Shown: in pieces, positions 11,999 to 21,094 of the stretch
How the letters are laid out: the number at the start of each line of letters is the position of its first letter
Numbering within the stretch: the stretch's first letter is position 1
NCBI GenBank assembly: GCA_050012215.1
Contig: JBEKHO010000017.1
Span: 13,888-77,887 of the forward strand
From: Steroidobacteraceae bacterium
Lineage (GTDB): Bacteria > Pseudomonadota > Gammaproteobacteria > Steroidobacterales > Steroidobacteraceae
DNA length: 64,000 bases
Direction of reading: 5' to 3'
Notes under the pieces: generated by a model
Seen by the model: only the letters and a program-made list of their open reading frames with translations
Databases searched by the model: none
Told to the model about the DNA's origin: nothing
Made by a program: the position numbers and the translations under genes

Positions 11999-13594
11999 GT
12001 GGACCCGCACCTCCCATCGACCGCCCCGCCCCCGTCCCAGGCCCTCATCCTGGTCGGGGCGGCGCTCGCCGTGGCCTGGATGCTGCTCGCCGGCGGTTGC
12101 GCGAATCCCGGGCCGAAAACGCCGGCGCACGCGACGGCCGCGTCGCTGCCGGTGTTCCACCGTCAGGACCTGCTGTGGCTCGAACGCGTCAGCTTCGGTA
12201 TCGACGCCGAAAGCGTGGGCGCATTGCATCGCCTCGGGCGCGAGCGCTATCTGGACCGGCAACTGCGCGGCCCGCAGGCTCCCTTTCCCGCCCCGCTCGG
12301 CGCCGAACTTGCGAACCTGGTCGCCGCGCGCCCCGATCCGGAGCGCGTGCTCGCTGATCTGTCCGCCGAATACAAGCGGATCAACGCCATGCCGGATGGG
12401 GCCGACAAGGAGCAGGCCAGAAAGGCATTGAATGATGAGGGCAACAAGCTCGCCAACCAGGCAATCCGCGAGGAGCTGTTACGGGCGGTCTATGCGCCGT
12501 CCCAGCTCGACGAACAGATGGTCTGGTTCTGGCTCAATCACTTCAGCGTCCATCAATACAAGGCCAATCTTCGCTGGCTCGTCGGCGACTACGTCGACCG
12601 GGCGATCCGGCCGCATGCGCTCGGCCATTTCAAGGACTTGGTGCTCGCCACGCTCGAGCATCCCGCCATGCTGCAATATCTGGACAACAATCAAAACGCC
12701 GTCGGACACATCAACGAGAATTACGCCCGCGAACTCATGGAGCTGCATACGTTGGGGGTGCATGGCGGCTACACGCAACAGGACGTGCAGCAACTCGCTC
12801 GCGTGCTCACCGGCGTCGGGATCAGCGCAGTAGATCCGCCGAAGCTCAAGCGCGAGTGGCAGAATCTGTATCGGCGCGATGGCGCATTCGAGTTCAACCC
12901 GGCGCGCCACGATTTCGGCGATAAGCTCCTGCTCGGCCGAACCATCAAGGGCCGCGGCTTCGACGAAGTGGACGAGGCCGTCGGCTTGATCGTGAGGCAG
13001 CCCGCCTGTGCCCGCTTCATCTCCCGCGAGCTCGCGCGCTACTTCGTCGCCGACGATCCACCCGCGCGCCTGGTGGATCGCATGACGCAGACTTTCATGC
13101 GCTCGGACGGCGACATTGCGCAAGTGCTGCGCGAGATGTTGCTCGCACCCGAGCTCGACGCGGCGCTCGGCGGCAAGTTCAAAGACCCCATGCGCTTCGT
13201 GGTCTCCTCGGTGCGTTTTGCCTACGACGGACGCACGATCAGCAATACCCGGCCGATGCTGAACTGGCTGAACGGCCTCGGGGAGGCGCCTTTCGGCCGG
13301 GCGACTCCCGATGGGTACCCGTTGACCGAACTCGCCTGGGCGAGTTCCGGTCAGATGAGCCGCAGGTTCGAGATCGCGCGCGCGATCGGCTCCGGCAGCG
13401 CCGGCCTGTTCGACGGGGAGGACGGCACCTCGCCCGGCGGCGCGGGCGGATTTCCGCAACTCTCCAACCGACTGTACTATGAGGCCGTTGAGCCGTTTCT
13501 CGGCGCGGGCGCAAGAGACGCCCTGGCGCGCGCCAACTCGCAGCAGGAGTGGAACACTTTTCTGCTGGCCTCGCCCGATTTCAACTACGAGTGA
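11999..13594 (+). CDS. DUF1800 domain protein (lipoprotein signal)
   Basis: GTG at 11999 lies 5 nt after an AGGAG RBS. Lipobox MLLAGGC. Family-typical motifs WFWLNHFSV and MELHTLGVHGGYTQQDVQQLARVLTG. ORF track start 11906 is a possible alternative. Confidence 0.8.
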   Translation: MDPHLPSTAPPPSQALILVGAALAVAWMLLAGGCANPGPKTPAHATAASLPVFHRQDLLWLERVSFGIDAESVGALHRLGRERYLDRQLRGPQAPFPAPLGAELANLVAARPDPERVLADLSAEYKRINAMPDGADKEQARKALNDEGNKLANQAIREELLRAVYAPSQLDEQMVWFWLNHFSVHQYKANLRWLVGDYVDRAIRPHALGHFKDLVLATLEHPAMLQYLDNNQNAVGHINENYARELMELHTLGVHGGYTQQDVQQLARVLTGVGISAVDPPKLKREWQNLYRRDGAFEFNPARHDFGDKLLLGRTIKGRGFDEVDEAVGLIVRQPACARFISRELARYFVADDPPARLVDRMTQTFMRSDGDIAQVLREMLLAPELDAALGGKFKDPMRFVVSSVRFAYDGRTISNTRPMLNWLNGLGEAPFGRATPDGYPLTELAWASSGQMSRRFEIARAIGSGSAGLFDGEDGTSPGGAGGFPQLSNRLYYEAVEPFLGAGARDALARANSQQEWNTFLLASPDFNYE

Positions 13595-13607
13595 GAGGAG
13601 CGATTCG

Positions 13608-14813
13608 ATGAAACGTCGTCACGCATTGCAATGGGGCTTTGCGGCGCTCCTCGGTGCCGCGTCCGGCCCGGCCCGCCTGTTCGCCGCGCCGGCGAGCGGT
13701 CCGCGGTTCCTGCTCGTGTTCTTGCGGGGCGGCTACGATTCCACGAATTTCTTGATCCCGTACTCGAGCGACTTCTATTACGAATCCCGCCCGAACATCG
13801 CCATCGCCCGTCCCGATTCCGCCTCGACCACGGGCGCGCTCGCCTTGAATGCCGACTGGGCGCTCGCCCCCGCCGTACGGGAAACCATCGGCGCCCTGTA
13901 TCTGCAGCGGCAGGCGGCATTCATCCCCTTCGCGGGCACGGATGATCTGTCGCGCAGCCATTTCGAGACTCAGGACAGCATCGAGTTGGGACAACCGTCC
14001 GCAAGCGCACGCAATTACCGCTCCGGGTTTCTCGGCCGCTTGGCGCAGACGCTCGGCGGCACCGCCCCGGAGCCCGACCCCATCGCCTTCACGGACGCGT
14101 TGCCGCTCGCCTTCGAGGGAGCCTCCACGGTGCCGAACCTGTCGCTCAAGAACATCGGCAAACCGCCGTTCGACGAGCGCCAGGCGCGAATCCTGAACGA
14201 CATGTACGCCGGCCACCATCTCGAGACGGCAGTGCGCGACGGTTTGGATCTTCGTCAGGAAGTCGCCCAAAAGATCGCGCAGGAGATGCTCTCGGCGAGC
14301 CGCAGTGCCGTCAACACCAAGGGGTTCGAGCTCGAAGCCGAACGCATGGCACGGCTCATGCGCGACAAGTATCGGGTTGGCTTCGTCGACGTCGGCGGCT
14401 GGGACACCCACGTCGGCGAGGGTGCTTCCCAGGGTCCGCTTGCCGCAAACCTCGCGAGTCTCGGCCGCGGCCTGCAGGTGTTTGCTCAGACACTCGGCAC
14501 CGAATGGAACAACACCGTCGTCGTCGTGGTCTCTGAATTCGGCCGCACGTTCCGTGAGAACGGCAACCGTGGTACCGATCACGGGCACGGCTCGGTGTAT
14601 TGGGTGCTCGGCGGATCCGTCCGGGGAGGCACCGTGGCGGGCGAGCAGCGCCCCGTCAACCGCGCCAACCTGCTGCAGGATCGGGATTTTCCGGTCTTGA
14701 ACGACTATCGGGCGGTGCTCGGCGGCCTGTTCCGATCGATGTGGGGCCTTTCGGCCGTACAATGCGATGCGGTGTTCGCGCAGGTTCGACCGCTGGATCT
14801 CAAGCTCGTTTAG
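13608..14813 (+). CDS. DUF1501 domain protein (sulfatase/alkaline-phosphatase-like fold), Tat-type signal
   Basis: ATG at 13608 follows a GAGGAG RBS. N-terminus is MKRRHALQWGFAALLGAASG. Motifs GGWDTH, SEFGRT and GTDHGHG are typical of DUF1501. It immediately follows DUF1800, which is the usual pairing. Confidence 0.85.
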   Translation: MKRRHALQWGFAALLGAASGPARLFAAPASGPRFLLVFLRGGYDSTNFLIPYSSDFYYESRPNIAIARPDSASTTGALALNADWALAPAVRETIGALYLQRQAAFIPFAGTDDLSRSHFETQDSIELGQPSASARNYRSGFLGRLAQTLGGTAPEPDPIAFTDALPLAFEGASTVPNLSLKNIGKPPFDERQARILNDMYAGHHLETAVRDGLDLRQEVAQKIAQEMLSASRSAVNTKGFELEAERMARLMRDKYRVGFVDVGGWDTHVGEGASQGPLAANLASLGRGLQVFAQTLGTEWNNTVVVVVSEFGRTFRENGNRGTDHGHGSVYWVLGGSVRGGTVAGEQRPVNRANLLQDRDFPVLNDYRAVLGGLFRSMWGLSAVQCDAVFAQVRPLDLKLV

Positions 14814-14825
14814 CAGAGGAATGCC

Positions 14826-15185
14826 ATGTACGACATGCGAGTTGCTGCGATTGCCCTGGGGGTGATGTTTTGCGCCGGTGGCAATGCGCTTGCGGGCGAT
14901 GGCGTCACCGTCAAGGTGTTGAACGACACGCCCGACGCCCTCACCGTGACCATATACGATCGCAATGCCCAGCCGCCGCAAGCGGTTGTGAGCGGCGAGG
15001 TCATCAATGGAAATGCCTCGGTATCCGTGTCCGTCACCCCGGACGCGTCCGGCCGCGGGCATCTCACCTGGACCGCCACGACGGGCGACCGCGACATGCG
15101 CCGATGCGGCCACAAAGACAAGCCGGGCGTCAACGACGGAGACACGATTCGCGTGCACGCGAATCGCCGCTGCCCGAGTTCGTAG
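14826..15185 (+). CDS. small secreted protein, unknown function
   Basis: 119 aa starting 12 nt after the DUF1501 stop. Signal peptide MRVAAIALGVMFCAGGNALAG. Beta-rich mature part with 2 Cys near the C-terminus. Confidence 0.55.
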   Translation: MYDMRVAAIALGVMFCAGGNALAGDGVTVKVLNDTPDALTVTIYDRNAQPPQAVVSGEVINGNASVSVSVTPDASGRGHLTWTATTGDRDMRRCGHKDKPGVNDGDTIRVHANRRCPSS

Positions 15186-15200
15186 AACGCTGTCTGGCGT

Positions 15201-16754
15201 TCAGGATGCGGTGTTGAACTCCTCGCTGTGCACGGCCGGGAGCGGCGTCTGATTCGCGCCGGCATCCGCATGACTCGACGACAGGCGCTTCATCAACGGC
15301 AGCATCGCGATGGCAATCGCCGTGCAAAGCACGCCGGCGAATCCAAGCTTGTTGAATAAACTGGTATAGATGTTCAACGACTCCACCGGATCCTTGAGTC
15401 CCTCCGGAATGTGCGCGAAGTTCGCGACCACGCTGCCGAGATATTGCGAGAGGCCGGACGCCACGTAGTACGCTCCCATCATGAAACCGCCCATCCGCGC
15501 GGGGACATAGCGCGCAATCATGGCGAGCCCCAGGCCGCTGACGAGCAGCTCGCCGAGCGAATAGAGCCCATATCCCCACACCATGATCCAGGACGACACC
15601 CTGCCATCCACCGCCCAGCGCGCACCCACGCCGTAGATGAAGAAACCGATCGCCACGGCCGCGAAGCCCCAGGCAAACTTCGCGGCAATCGATGCGTCCT
15701 TGCCCGCGCGGCCGAGCGAGTTGTAGATGAACACCAGCACGGGGCTCAGCACGACGATCCAGATCGAATTGAGATTTTGATACTGCTCCGGAATCCAGGT
15801 GAACAGGTGCCAGCCGAACAGGCTGAAATCGAGGTTCACGTTGTTCTGCGCGAACAAATTCAGCGAGGTCGACATCTGCTGATAGAAAATGAAGAAGAAT
15901 ATGGTCTGCACCACCAGAACCAGCGCCGCGATGAGGCCAGCGCGCTCGTCGCGGTGGCTCACGCGGATCAGGTGGACGAAGACGGCAAGGATGACCGCGC
16001 CCGCCGTGTACACGCACACCCGGGCCACCGCCTCGCTCTGCAGGATGACCACGGAAAGGAGCACCATGCCGAGGCTGCCCAACAGAACGCCGGCGAGCCG
16101 TTTCGGCGCGGGACGCGCGTCGTCCGCCGGAGAGCCGATGTGTGCCAGCGCGCGGCTCATGAGCGTGTAATTGAGGAGACCAAGAACCAGTCCTATCGAG
16201 CACACGCCGAACGCCGTGTGCCAGCCGGCGGAATCGCCGTAGTGCTCGCCGACGTAATCGCGTATCCATGGGGTCAAGGTCATCGATATCATGGAGCCGA
16301 TGTTCACGGCCATGTAGTACATGGTGAAGGCGCTGTCGATCTTGGTGTCATCGCCCTCGTAGATCTTGCGCACCAGATTCCCGGAGTTCGCCTTGAACAG
16401 CCCGTTACCGACGATGATCACGCCGAGGGCCGTGTACAAAAAGAATTGGTTGTCGGTCGGCAGCCAAAGAAGCGCGTAGCCGATCGCGAGCACCACCGCG
16501 CCGATCTTCATCGTGCGCCGGGTGCCGATCAATTTATCCCCGATCCAGCCGCCGATCGCCGGCGTCGCATAGATGAGCGCGGCCGCGGCGCCCCAGACGA
16601 GGTTCGCCCGGGTATCGACGAAGCCAAGCTTCTTCATCATGTAGGTGACCATCAGCACCTGCATGCCGTAGAAGCCGAATCGCTCCCACATCTCGATCAA
16701 AAAGACGGTCGTGAAGGAGCGAGTTTGAGAAACCGTTGCGGTCGAGCGAGCCAT
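15201..16754 (-). CDS. POT/PTR2 family proton-dependent di/tripeptide transporter
   Basis: ATG at 16754 (MARSTATV...). PTR2 signature FLIEMWERFGFYGM and a multi-TM profile throughout. The longer ORF-track start (16898) would overlap the upstream GGT gene. Confidence 0.85.
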   Translation of the reverse strand: MARSTATVSQTRSFTTVFLIEMWERFGFYGMQVLMVTYMMKKLGFVDTRANLVWGAAAALIYATPAIGGWIGDKLIGTRRTMKIGAVVLAIGYALLWLPTDNQFFLYTALGVIIVGNGLFKANSGNLVRKIYEGDDTKIDSAFTMYYMAVNIGSMISMTLTPWIRDYVGEHYGDSAGWHTAFGVCSIGLVLGLLNYTLMSRALAHIGSPADDARPAPKRLAGVLLGSLGMVLLSVVILQSEAVARVCVYTAGAVILAVFVHLIRVSHRDERAGLIAALVLVVQTIFFFIFYQQMSTSLNLFAQNNVNLDFSLFGWHLFTWIPEQYQNLNSIWIVVLSPVLVFIYNSLGRAGKDASIAAKFAWGFAAVAIGFFIYGVGARWAVDGRVSSWIMVWGYGLYSLGELLVSGLGLAMIARYVPARMGGFMMGAYYVASGLSQYLGSVVANFAHIPEGLKDPVESLNIYTSLFNKLGFAGVLCTAIAIAMLPLMKRLSSSHADAGANQTPLPAVHSEEFNTAS

Positions 16755-16810
16755 GAGTCCATTACCCCCGGGTGCCGTCGGCGTGGCGGCAGCGTCGGAG
16801 CTTAACAACA

Positions 16811-18574
16811 TCAATAAGCAAGCGCGATTCCGTCCGCGCGCATTTCGCTCGCGGCCGCGTAAACGCGCGCAGAACCCTCGCTCCGATGTTCGATGCACTG
16901 GTATCTGCCGAATCCGCCGTCGGATGCACCGATCGGCCAGCCGCGCTCCGTCAGCCGGCGGCGCGTCTGCTCCGGCACCCCGGACTCCAATCGCAGGACG
17001 CCGCAGGCCCCAAGGCCGGGCTCATCCTCTCCCATGGTTTGAGGCGACCCTTGGTGGTGCCAACGCGGAGCGTCGCCCGCGGCCTGAATATCCAGGCCGT
17101 AGTCGACCCGGTTCACGATGATCTGCGTCTGTCCCTGGGGCTGCATGTCCGCTCCCATGACGCCGAAGGACATCCAAGGACGCGCACCCACTGCCGCAAA
17201 TCCTGGAATGATGGTCTGGAATGGCCGTTTGCCCGGCCGGTATGCGTTCGGGTGACCATCGATGAGCGAGAAAAGCTGACCGCGGCTTTGAAACATGAAG
17301 CCCAAGCCGTCGGCCACCAACCCCGAGCCGAGCCCGCGATAATTGGATTGGATCATCGACACCATCAGGCCGCCTGAGTCGGCGACCGTCAGATAAGTGG
17401 TATCGCCGCGGCTCGGGGCCTCGGCAGGCGCACCGGTGCGCACCCGATCCGGCCGGATGAGCTTCGCGCGCTCGGACGCGTATTCTTTCGAATTCAGCCG
17501 CTCGATCGGAACGCTCGAGAAATCGGGATCCGCGTAGTGACGGGCGCGGTCCTCGTAGGCCAATCGCTTGGCCTCCGCTTGCGTGTGGATCGATTCCGCC
17601 GATTGAAAGCCCATCCCGCGCAAATCGAAATTCTCGAGAATGTTGAGCATCTGCAGGGTCGCCAGGCCCTGCGTGTTGGCGCCCATCGCATAGACATCGA
17701 CACCTCGGTAAGAGCTCACCAGCGGCTCGACCCATTCGCTCCTGTGCGCCTTCAAGTCTTGGAACGACAGCCAACCGCCGATGCGCTTGAAATAAGCGTC
17801 GATGGCGAGCGCGATGGGGCCTTCATAGAAGGCCTCGCGGCCGCCTTCGGCGATCATGCGATAGGTGTGCGCCAGATCGGGGTTGCGGAACAACTCTCCC
17901 TCGCGCGGCGCGTGTCCTTGCGGAGCATACGTGCGCATGGCATTCGCCCACTCCTCCACGCCGGAACTCGCCTCACGGAACACCTCAAGATCCCGCTTCC
18001 AGTGAAAACCGATGACCTGCGGCACCGGTACCCCGCGCTCGCACAGGTCGATGGCCGGCGCGAGAATCTCGGACCATTTCAGCCGGCCGAACCGCTGATG
18101 CATGGTCCACCACGCATCCAGCGCGCCGGGCGTGGATACGGCGATTGCACCGTAGGGCGCGATCAGCCCGTGCGGCGAGCGACTGCGAACCATGTCGAGG
18201 CTCAATGATGTCGGAGAGCGGCCGGATCCGGCGAGACCTGCGAGTTTCGATATCTTCGGATCCCAGATCAACGCATAGCAGTCGCCGCCGATTCCGGATC
18301 CCGTGGGCTCCAAGAATCCGAGACATGCGGCGGCGGCCACTGCGGCGTCGGCGGCGCTGCCGCCACGCTTCAAGATCTCGATCGCGGTCAACGTCGCGTA
18401 GGGATGTGCCGTGCCCGCGGCGCCCGAGCATCCATAGACGGCGGACCTCGACGCGAAACTCGCGCCGGCAGGACGATCGCCCGCGCGCACATCGTAGCGC
18501 TCGTATCGCTGCGCTTCCGCGGACCATTGATCACTGAGGTTTTCCCTGCACGTTATGTTCATTTTACAGTCCAC
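16811..18574 (-). CDS. ggt: gamma-glutamyltransferase family protein (no signal peptide)
   Basis: 587 aa. Family motifs GGSAADAAVA, GIGGDCYAL and the autoprocessing/nucleophile site GDTTYLTVAD. The N-terminus has no hydrophobic leader. Confidence 0.8.
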   Translation of the reverse strand: MDCKMNITCRENLSDQWSAEAQRYERYDVRAGDRPAGASFASRSAVYGCSGAAGTAHPYATLTAIEILKRGGSAADAAVAAAACLGFLEPTGSGIGGDCYALIWDPKISKLAGLAGSGRSPTSLSLDMVRSRSPHGLIAPYGAIAVSTPGALDAWWTMHQRFGRLKWSEILAPAIDLCERGVPVPQVIGFHWKRDLEVFREASSGVEEWANAMRTYAPQGHAPREGELFRNPDLAHTYRMIAEGGREAFYEGPIALAIDAYFKRIGGWLSFQDLKAHRSEWVEPLVSSYRGVDVYAMGANTQGLATLQMLNILENFDLRGMGFQSAESIHTQAEAKRLAYEDRARHYADPDFSSVPIERLNSKEYASERAKLIRPDRVRTGAPAEAPSRGDTTYLTVADSGGLMVSMIQSNYRGLGSGLVADGLGFMFQSRGQLFSLIDGHPNAYRPGKRPFQTIIPGFAAVGARPWMSFGVMGADMQPQGQTQIIVNRVDYGLDIQAAGDAPRWHHQGSPQTMGEDEPGLGACGVLRLESGVPEQTRRRLTERGWPIGASDGGFGRYQCIEHRSEGSARVYAAASEMRADGIALAY

Positions 18575-18720
18575 GATTCAAGCGTTCGATTGAACAATAC
18601 GCAGTCGATTGTGAGCGAAAAACCACGGCTTCGAGCGGCCGCAATAAATGAGTTCGCGCCTCGCCCGGATTGTGTGACGCGGTTAACTTCGCGCCATCCA
18701 CCCAGGGCATAACTTGGACC

Positions 18721-18744
18721 CGAATTCGATGGCTGTCGAATTCG
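18721..18744. promoter_or_regulatory. perfect 9-bp inverted repeat (CGAATTCGA-N6-TCGAATTCG), candidate operator
   Basis: Read directly from the sequence. It lies about 30 nt upstream of the repeat-lipoprotein start codon, in a locally less GC-rich spacer. Confidence 0.3.
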
Positions 18745-18772
18745 CTCCTGATTGTCGCCGGTGGTAATAGAG

Positions 18773-21064
18773 ATGCAAGTTAGTCATCGATCACTTCTCT
18801 TGAGTCTCGCTACGCTCCTGGCGGTATCGGGCTGCGACATCAGTTCACCCTGGGGCAGCAGCAGCAGCGGCACAGCGTACGGTGCCGCGAGCCTCGCAGG
18901 CAATACCGGCGGCACCGGAGGTACCGGCGGCAGCGGTACCGCCACGAGCCCCAAGGGCGGCGTCGGCGGAGAAAGTGGCACCACGGGCACCGACGATACC
19001 GTCATCGCCACTGCTTCGAACTCCAATGTATCGGTCGCCGTGGGCTCGAACCAGACGATCGGCATCACATTCGCCTCGAGCGACGGGCGATCGATCACCG
19101 GATTCGGCATTTCTGGAAGCTTGAGCACGCTACCCGCCGGTTGGAGCGGTCCGCTGGCGTTCACCTGCAAGCTGGTCATGGCCGGCAGCGCGTGCGTGCT
19201 CAACTTGACCTACGCGCCCACGGCCTCCGACTCGGGCTCACTGGTCGTCAACTACGTCTATGTCGACAACGCGAACCTGTCGAAGGCACCCGGGGGTTCG
19301 GTCACGATCTCGTACCAGGCCATTGCCCAGAACAACGTCGTGGCGACCGCCATGCCCAGCGGTCAAATCAATGCACTCTTGGGCGCTGGCACACAATCGG
19401 TGAGCGTGAACTTCACCTCCGACACCAGCAACGCCACGATGGATGCGGCCATCACCAATTTCACGGTGAGCACCGATCTTTCCGCGCTGCCGGCCGGCTG
19501 GTCGAGCACATCGCCGTCCTTCTCCTGCGCCATCGTCACCACCGGCAACGGTTGCCAGCTCATGCTGAGCTATCAACCGGCCGCATCCGCGAGTGGAGTG
19601 CTCACGCTGAACTATGCGTACACGGACGATTCGGGCGCCTCCCGCGTCGGCAGCCTCAACATCCCGTACGCTACGACCTCTTCGAACAACGTCGTAGCGA
19701 CCTCATCGCCCGCCGGGCAGATCAACGCCGTCGAAAAAACCGGCAGCCAGGCCGTCGCCATCGATTTCAACACCGACGACGGACGGGCTGCGAGCGGGCT
19801 CATCGTCACCTCGAATCTGGCCGCGCTGCCGGCGGGCTGGCACAGCGGATCCAACAGCTTTTCCTGCGGCAGCGTGAGCACCGGCAACGGCTGCCATCTC
19901 GGACTCACCTACGCCCCCACGGCGCTCGGCTCAGGGACGCTCACACTCGCTTACGCCTACAATGACGATGCGGGGAATCAACAGACCGGCACCTTGAACG
20001 TTCCCTATGCCGCGACCACCAACGACAACGTGGTCGCGACGCCCTCGCCCGCCGGCCAAATCAACGCCGTGGTCGGACAGGGCTCGCAGAACGTCGCGGT
20101 GGTATTTACGACGGACGACACGCGCCTCGCCACCGCGCTGCAGGTCACCAGCGATTTGACGACACTGCCGGCCGGCTGGTCGAGCGCATCACCCAGCTTC
20201 GCTTGCACCACGGTGAGTACCGGCAGCACGTGCCAGCTCAACCTGTCGTACACGCCGACCGCGTACACGACGCCCGGTACACTGATGGTCGGATACAGCT
20301 ACAAGAACAACGCCAACCAGACAAAGACTGGGACGTTGAGCATCCCCTACCGTGCAATGACCAACGACACCATCGCTGCAAGCCCCAGCCAACCCTCGCT
20401 TGCGGTGATCATCGGCTCGCCCACCGCACCGACGCCGGTGACCATCACTTTCGCCACCGACGACGCCAATCCGGCCATCGGCGTGCCGGTCACCTCGAAC
20501 GCCCTCACCATCACTTCGGGACTCAACCCGCTGCCGCCCGGCTGGAGCGCGACCTCGACCACGTTCAGCTGTCTGACCGTGAGCGATGGGACGGTCTGTC
20601 AGCTGCCGCTGATCTATGCGCCCAGCGCAGTCACGAACGGCGCGCAAACGCTCGCGCTCGGCTACAGCTACGTGAACGACGCGGGATTGGCCAACACGGG
20701 CACCGCCACCGTCAGCTATCGCGCCATGTCGAACAATACGGTCGTTGCGGGAGTCAATCCCGGCTCGCCGCTCAATGTCGCAAGCGGCAGCGTCAACACC
20801 GTCACGGTGAGCTTCACGACGAGCGACGGCAATCCTGCCACGGGACTGTCGGTATCGGGGCTGTCGCTGCCGGCCGGCTGGAGCGGACCAAGCACCTTCA
20901 CCTGTCCCTCGGTCACCGGCAGCGCAGCGAGCTGCCAGCTCACGCTCACTTATGCACCGACCGTTCCGAGTGGCAGCGCCAACCTGGCGCTTGGATTCAG
21001 CTATACCAACAATGCCGGAAACTCAGGATCCGGTGCGGTGACCATCCAGTACAGCGCGAGTTGA
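18773..21064 (+). CDS. lipoprotein composed of six tandem two-cysteine Ig-like (choice-of-anchor-D / HYDIN-like) repeats
   Basis: ATG at 18773 gives MQVSHRSLLLSLATLLAVSGC (lipobox). A Gly/Thr-rich linker follows, then six repeats. Each repeat has NNVVAT-x-P-x-GQINA, LPAGWS, F-[ST]-C ... G-x-[GAST]-C-x-L-x-L-[ST]-Y-x-P. Confidence 0.8.
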   Translation: MQVSHRSLLLSLATLLAVSGCDISSPWGSSSSGTAYGAASLAGNTGGTGGTGGSGTATSPKGGVGGESGTTGTDDTVIATASNSNVSVAVGSNQTIGITFASSDGRSITGFGISGSLSTLPAGWSGPLAFTCKLVMAGSACVLNLTYAPTASDSGSLVVNYVYVDNANLSKAPGGSVTISYQAIAQNNVVATAMPSGQINALLGAGTQSVSVNFTSDTSNATMDAAITNFTVSTDLSALPAGWSSTSPSFSCAIVTTGNGCQLMLSYQPAASASGVLTLNYAYTDDSGASRVGSLNIPYATTSSNNVVATSSPAGQINAVEKTGSQAVAIDFNTDDGRAASGLIVTSNLAALPAGWHSGSNSFSCGSVSTGNGCHLGLTYAPTALGSGTLTLAYAYNDDAGNQQTGTLNVPYAATTNDNVVATPSPAGQINAVVGQGSQNVAVVFTTDDTRLATALQVTSDLTTLPAGWSSASPSFACTTVSTGSTCQLNLSYTPTAYTTPGTLMVGYSYKNNANQTKTGTLSIPYRAMTNDTIAASPSQPSLAVIIGSPTAPTPVTITFATDDANPAIGVPVTSNALTITSGLNPLPPGWSATSTTFSCLTVSDGTVCQLPLIYAPSAVTNGAQTLALGYSYVNDAGLANTGTATVSYRAMSNNTVVAGVNPGSPLNVASGSVNTVTVSFTTSDGNPATGLSVSGLSLPAGWSGPSTFTCPSVTGSAASCQLTLTYAPTVPSGSANLALGFSYTNNAGNSGSGAVTIQYSAS
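18995..21061 (+). repeat. six tandem coding repeats of about 330-370 nt
   Basis: The LP[AP]GW codons recur at 19130, 19487, 19826, 20165, 20531 and 20867. Nucleotide identity is partly retained (e.g. ctgccggccggctggtcgagc at 19487 and 20165). Confidence 0.85.
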
Positions 21065-21094
21065 GACCGGCGCCGGGGGCGGCGACCATCGGGC

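Noticed and set aside
13581-15158. 525-aa ORF antisense to DUF1501 and the small secreted protein gene
   Set aside because: No motifs and biased composition. The plus-strand genes have RBSs, signal peptides and family motifs.
15185-15202. Short hairpins at convergent gene ends (GAACGC-N6-GCGTTC here; GAGGCG-N12-CGCCTC at 40316-40339) as bidirectional terminators
   Set aside because: Stems are only 6 bp, they overlap the stop codons, and there are no flanking U-tracts. This is too weak to call.
18752-18772. TTG start (ORF-track) for the repeat lipoprotein
   Set aside because: The ATG at 18773 yields a canonical lipoprotein signal peptide directly. The 7 extra residues add nothing. Both starts remain possible.
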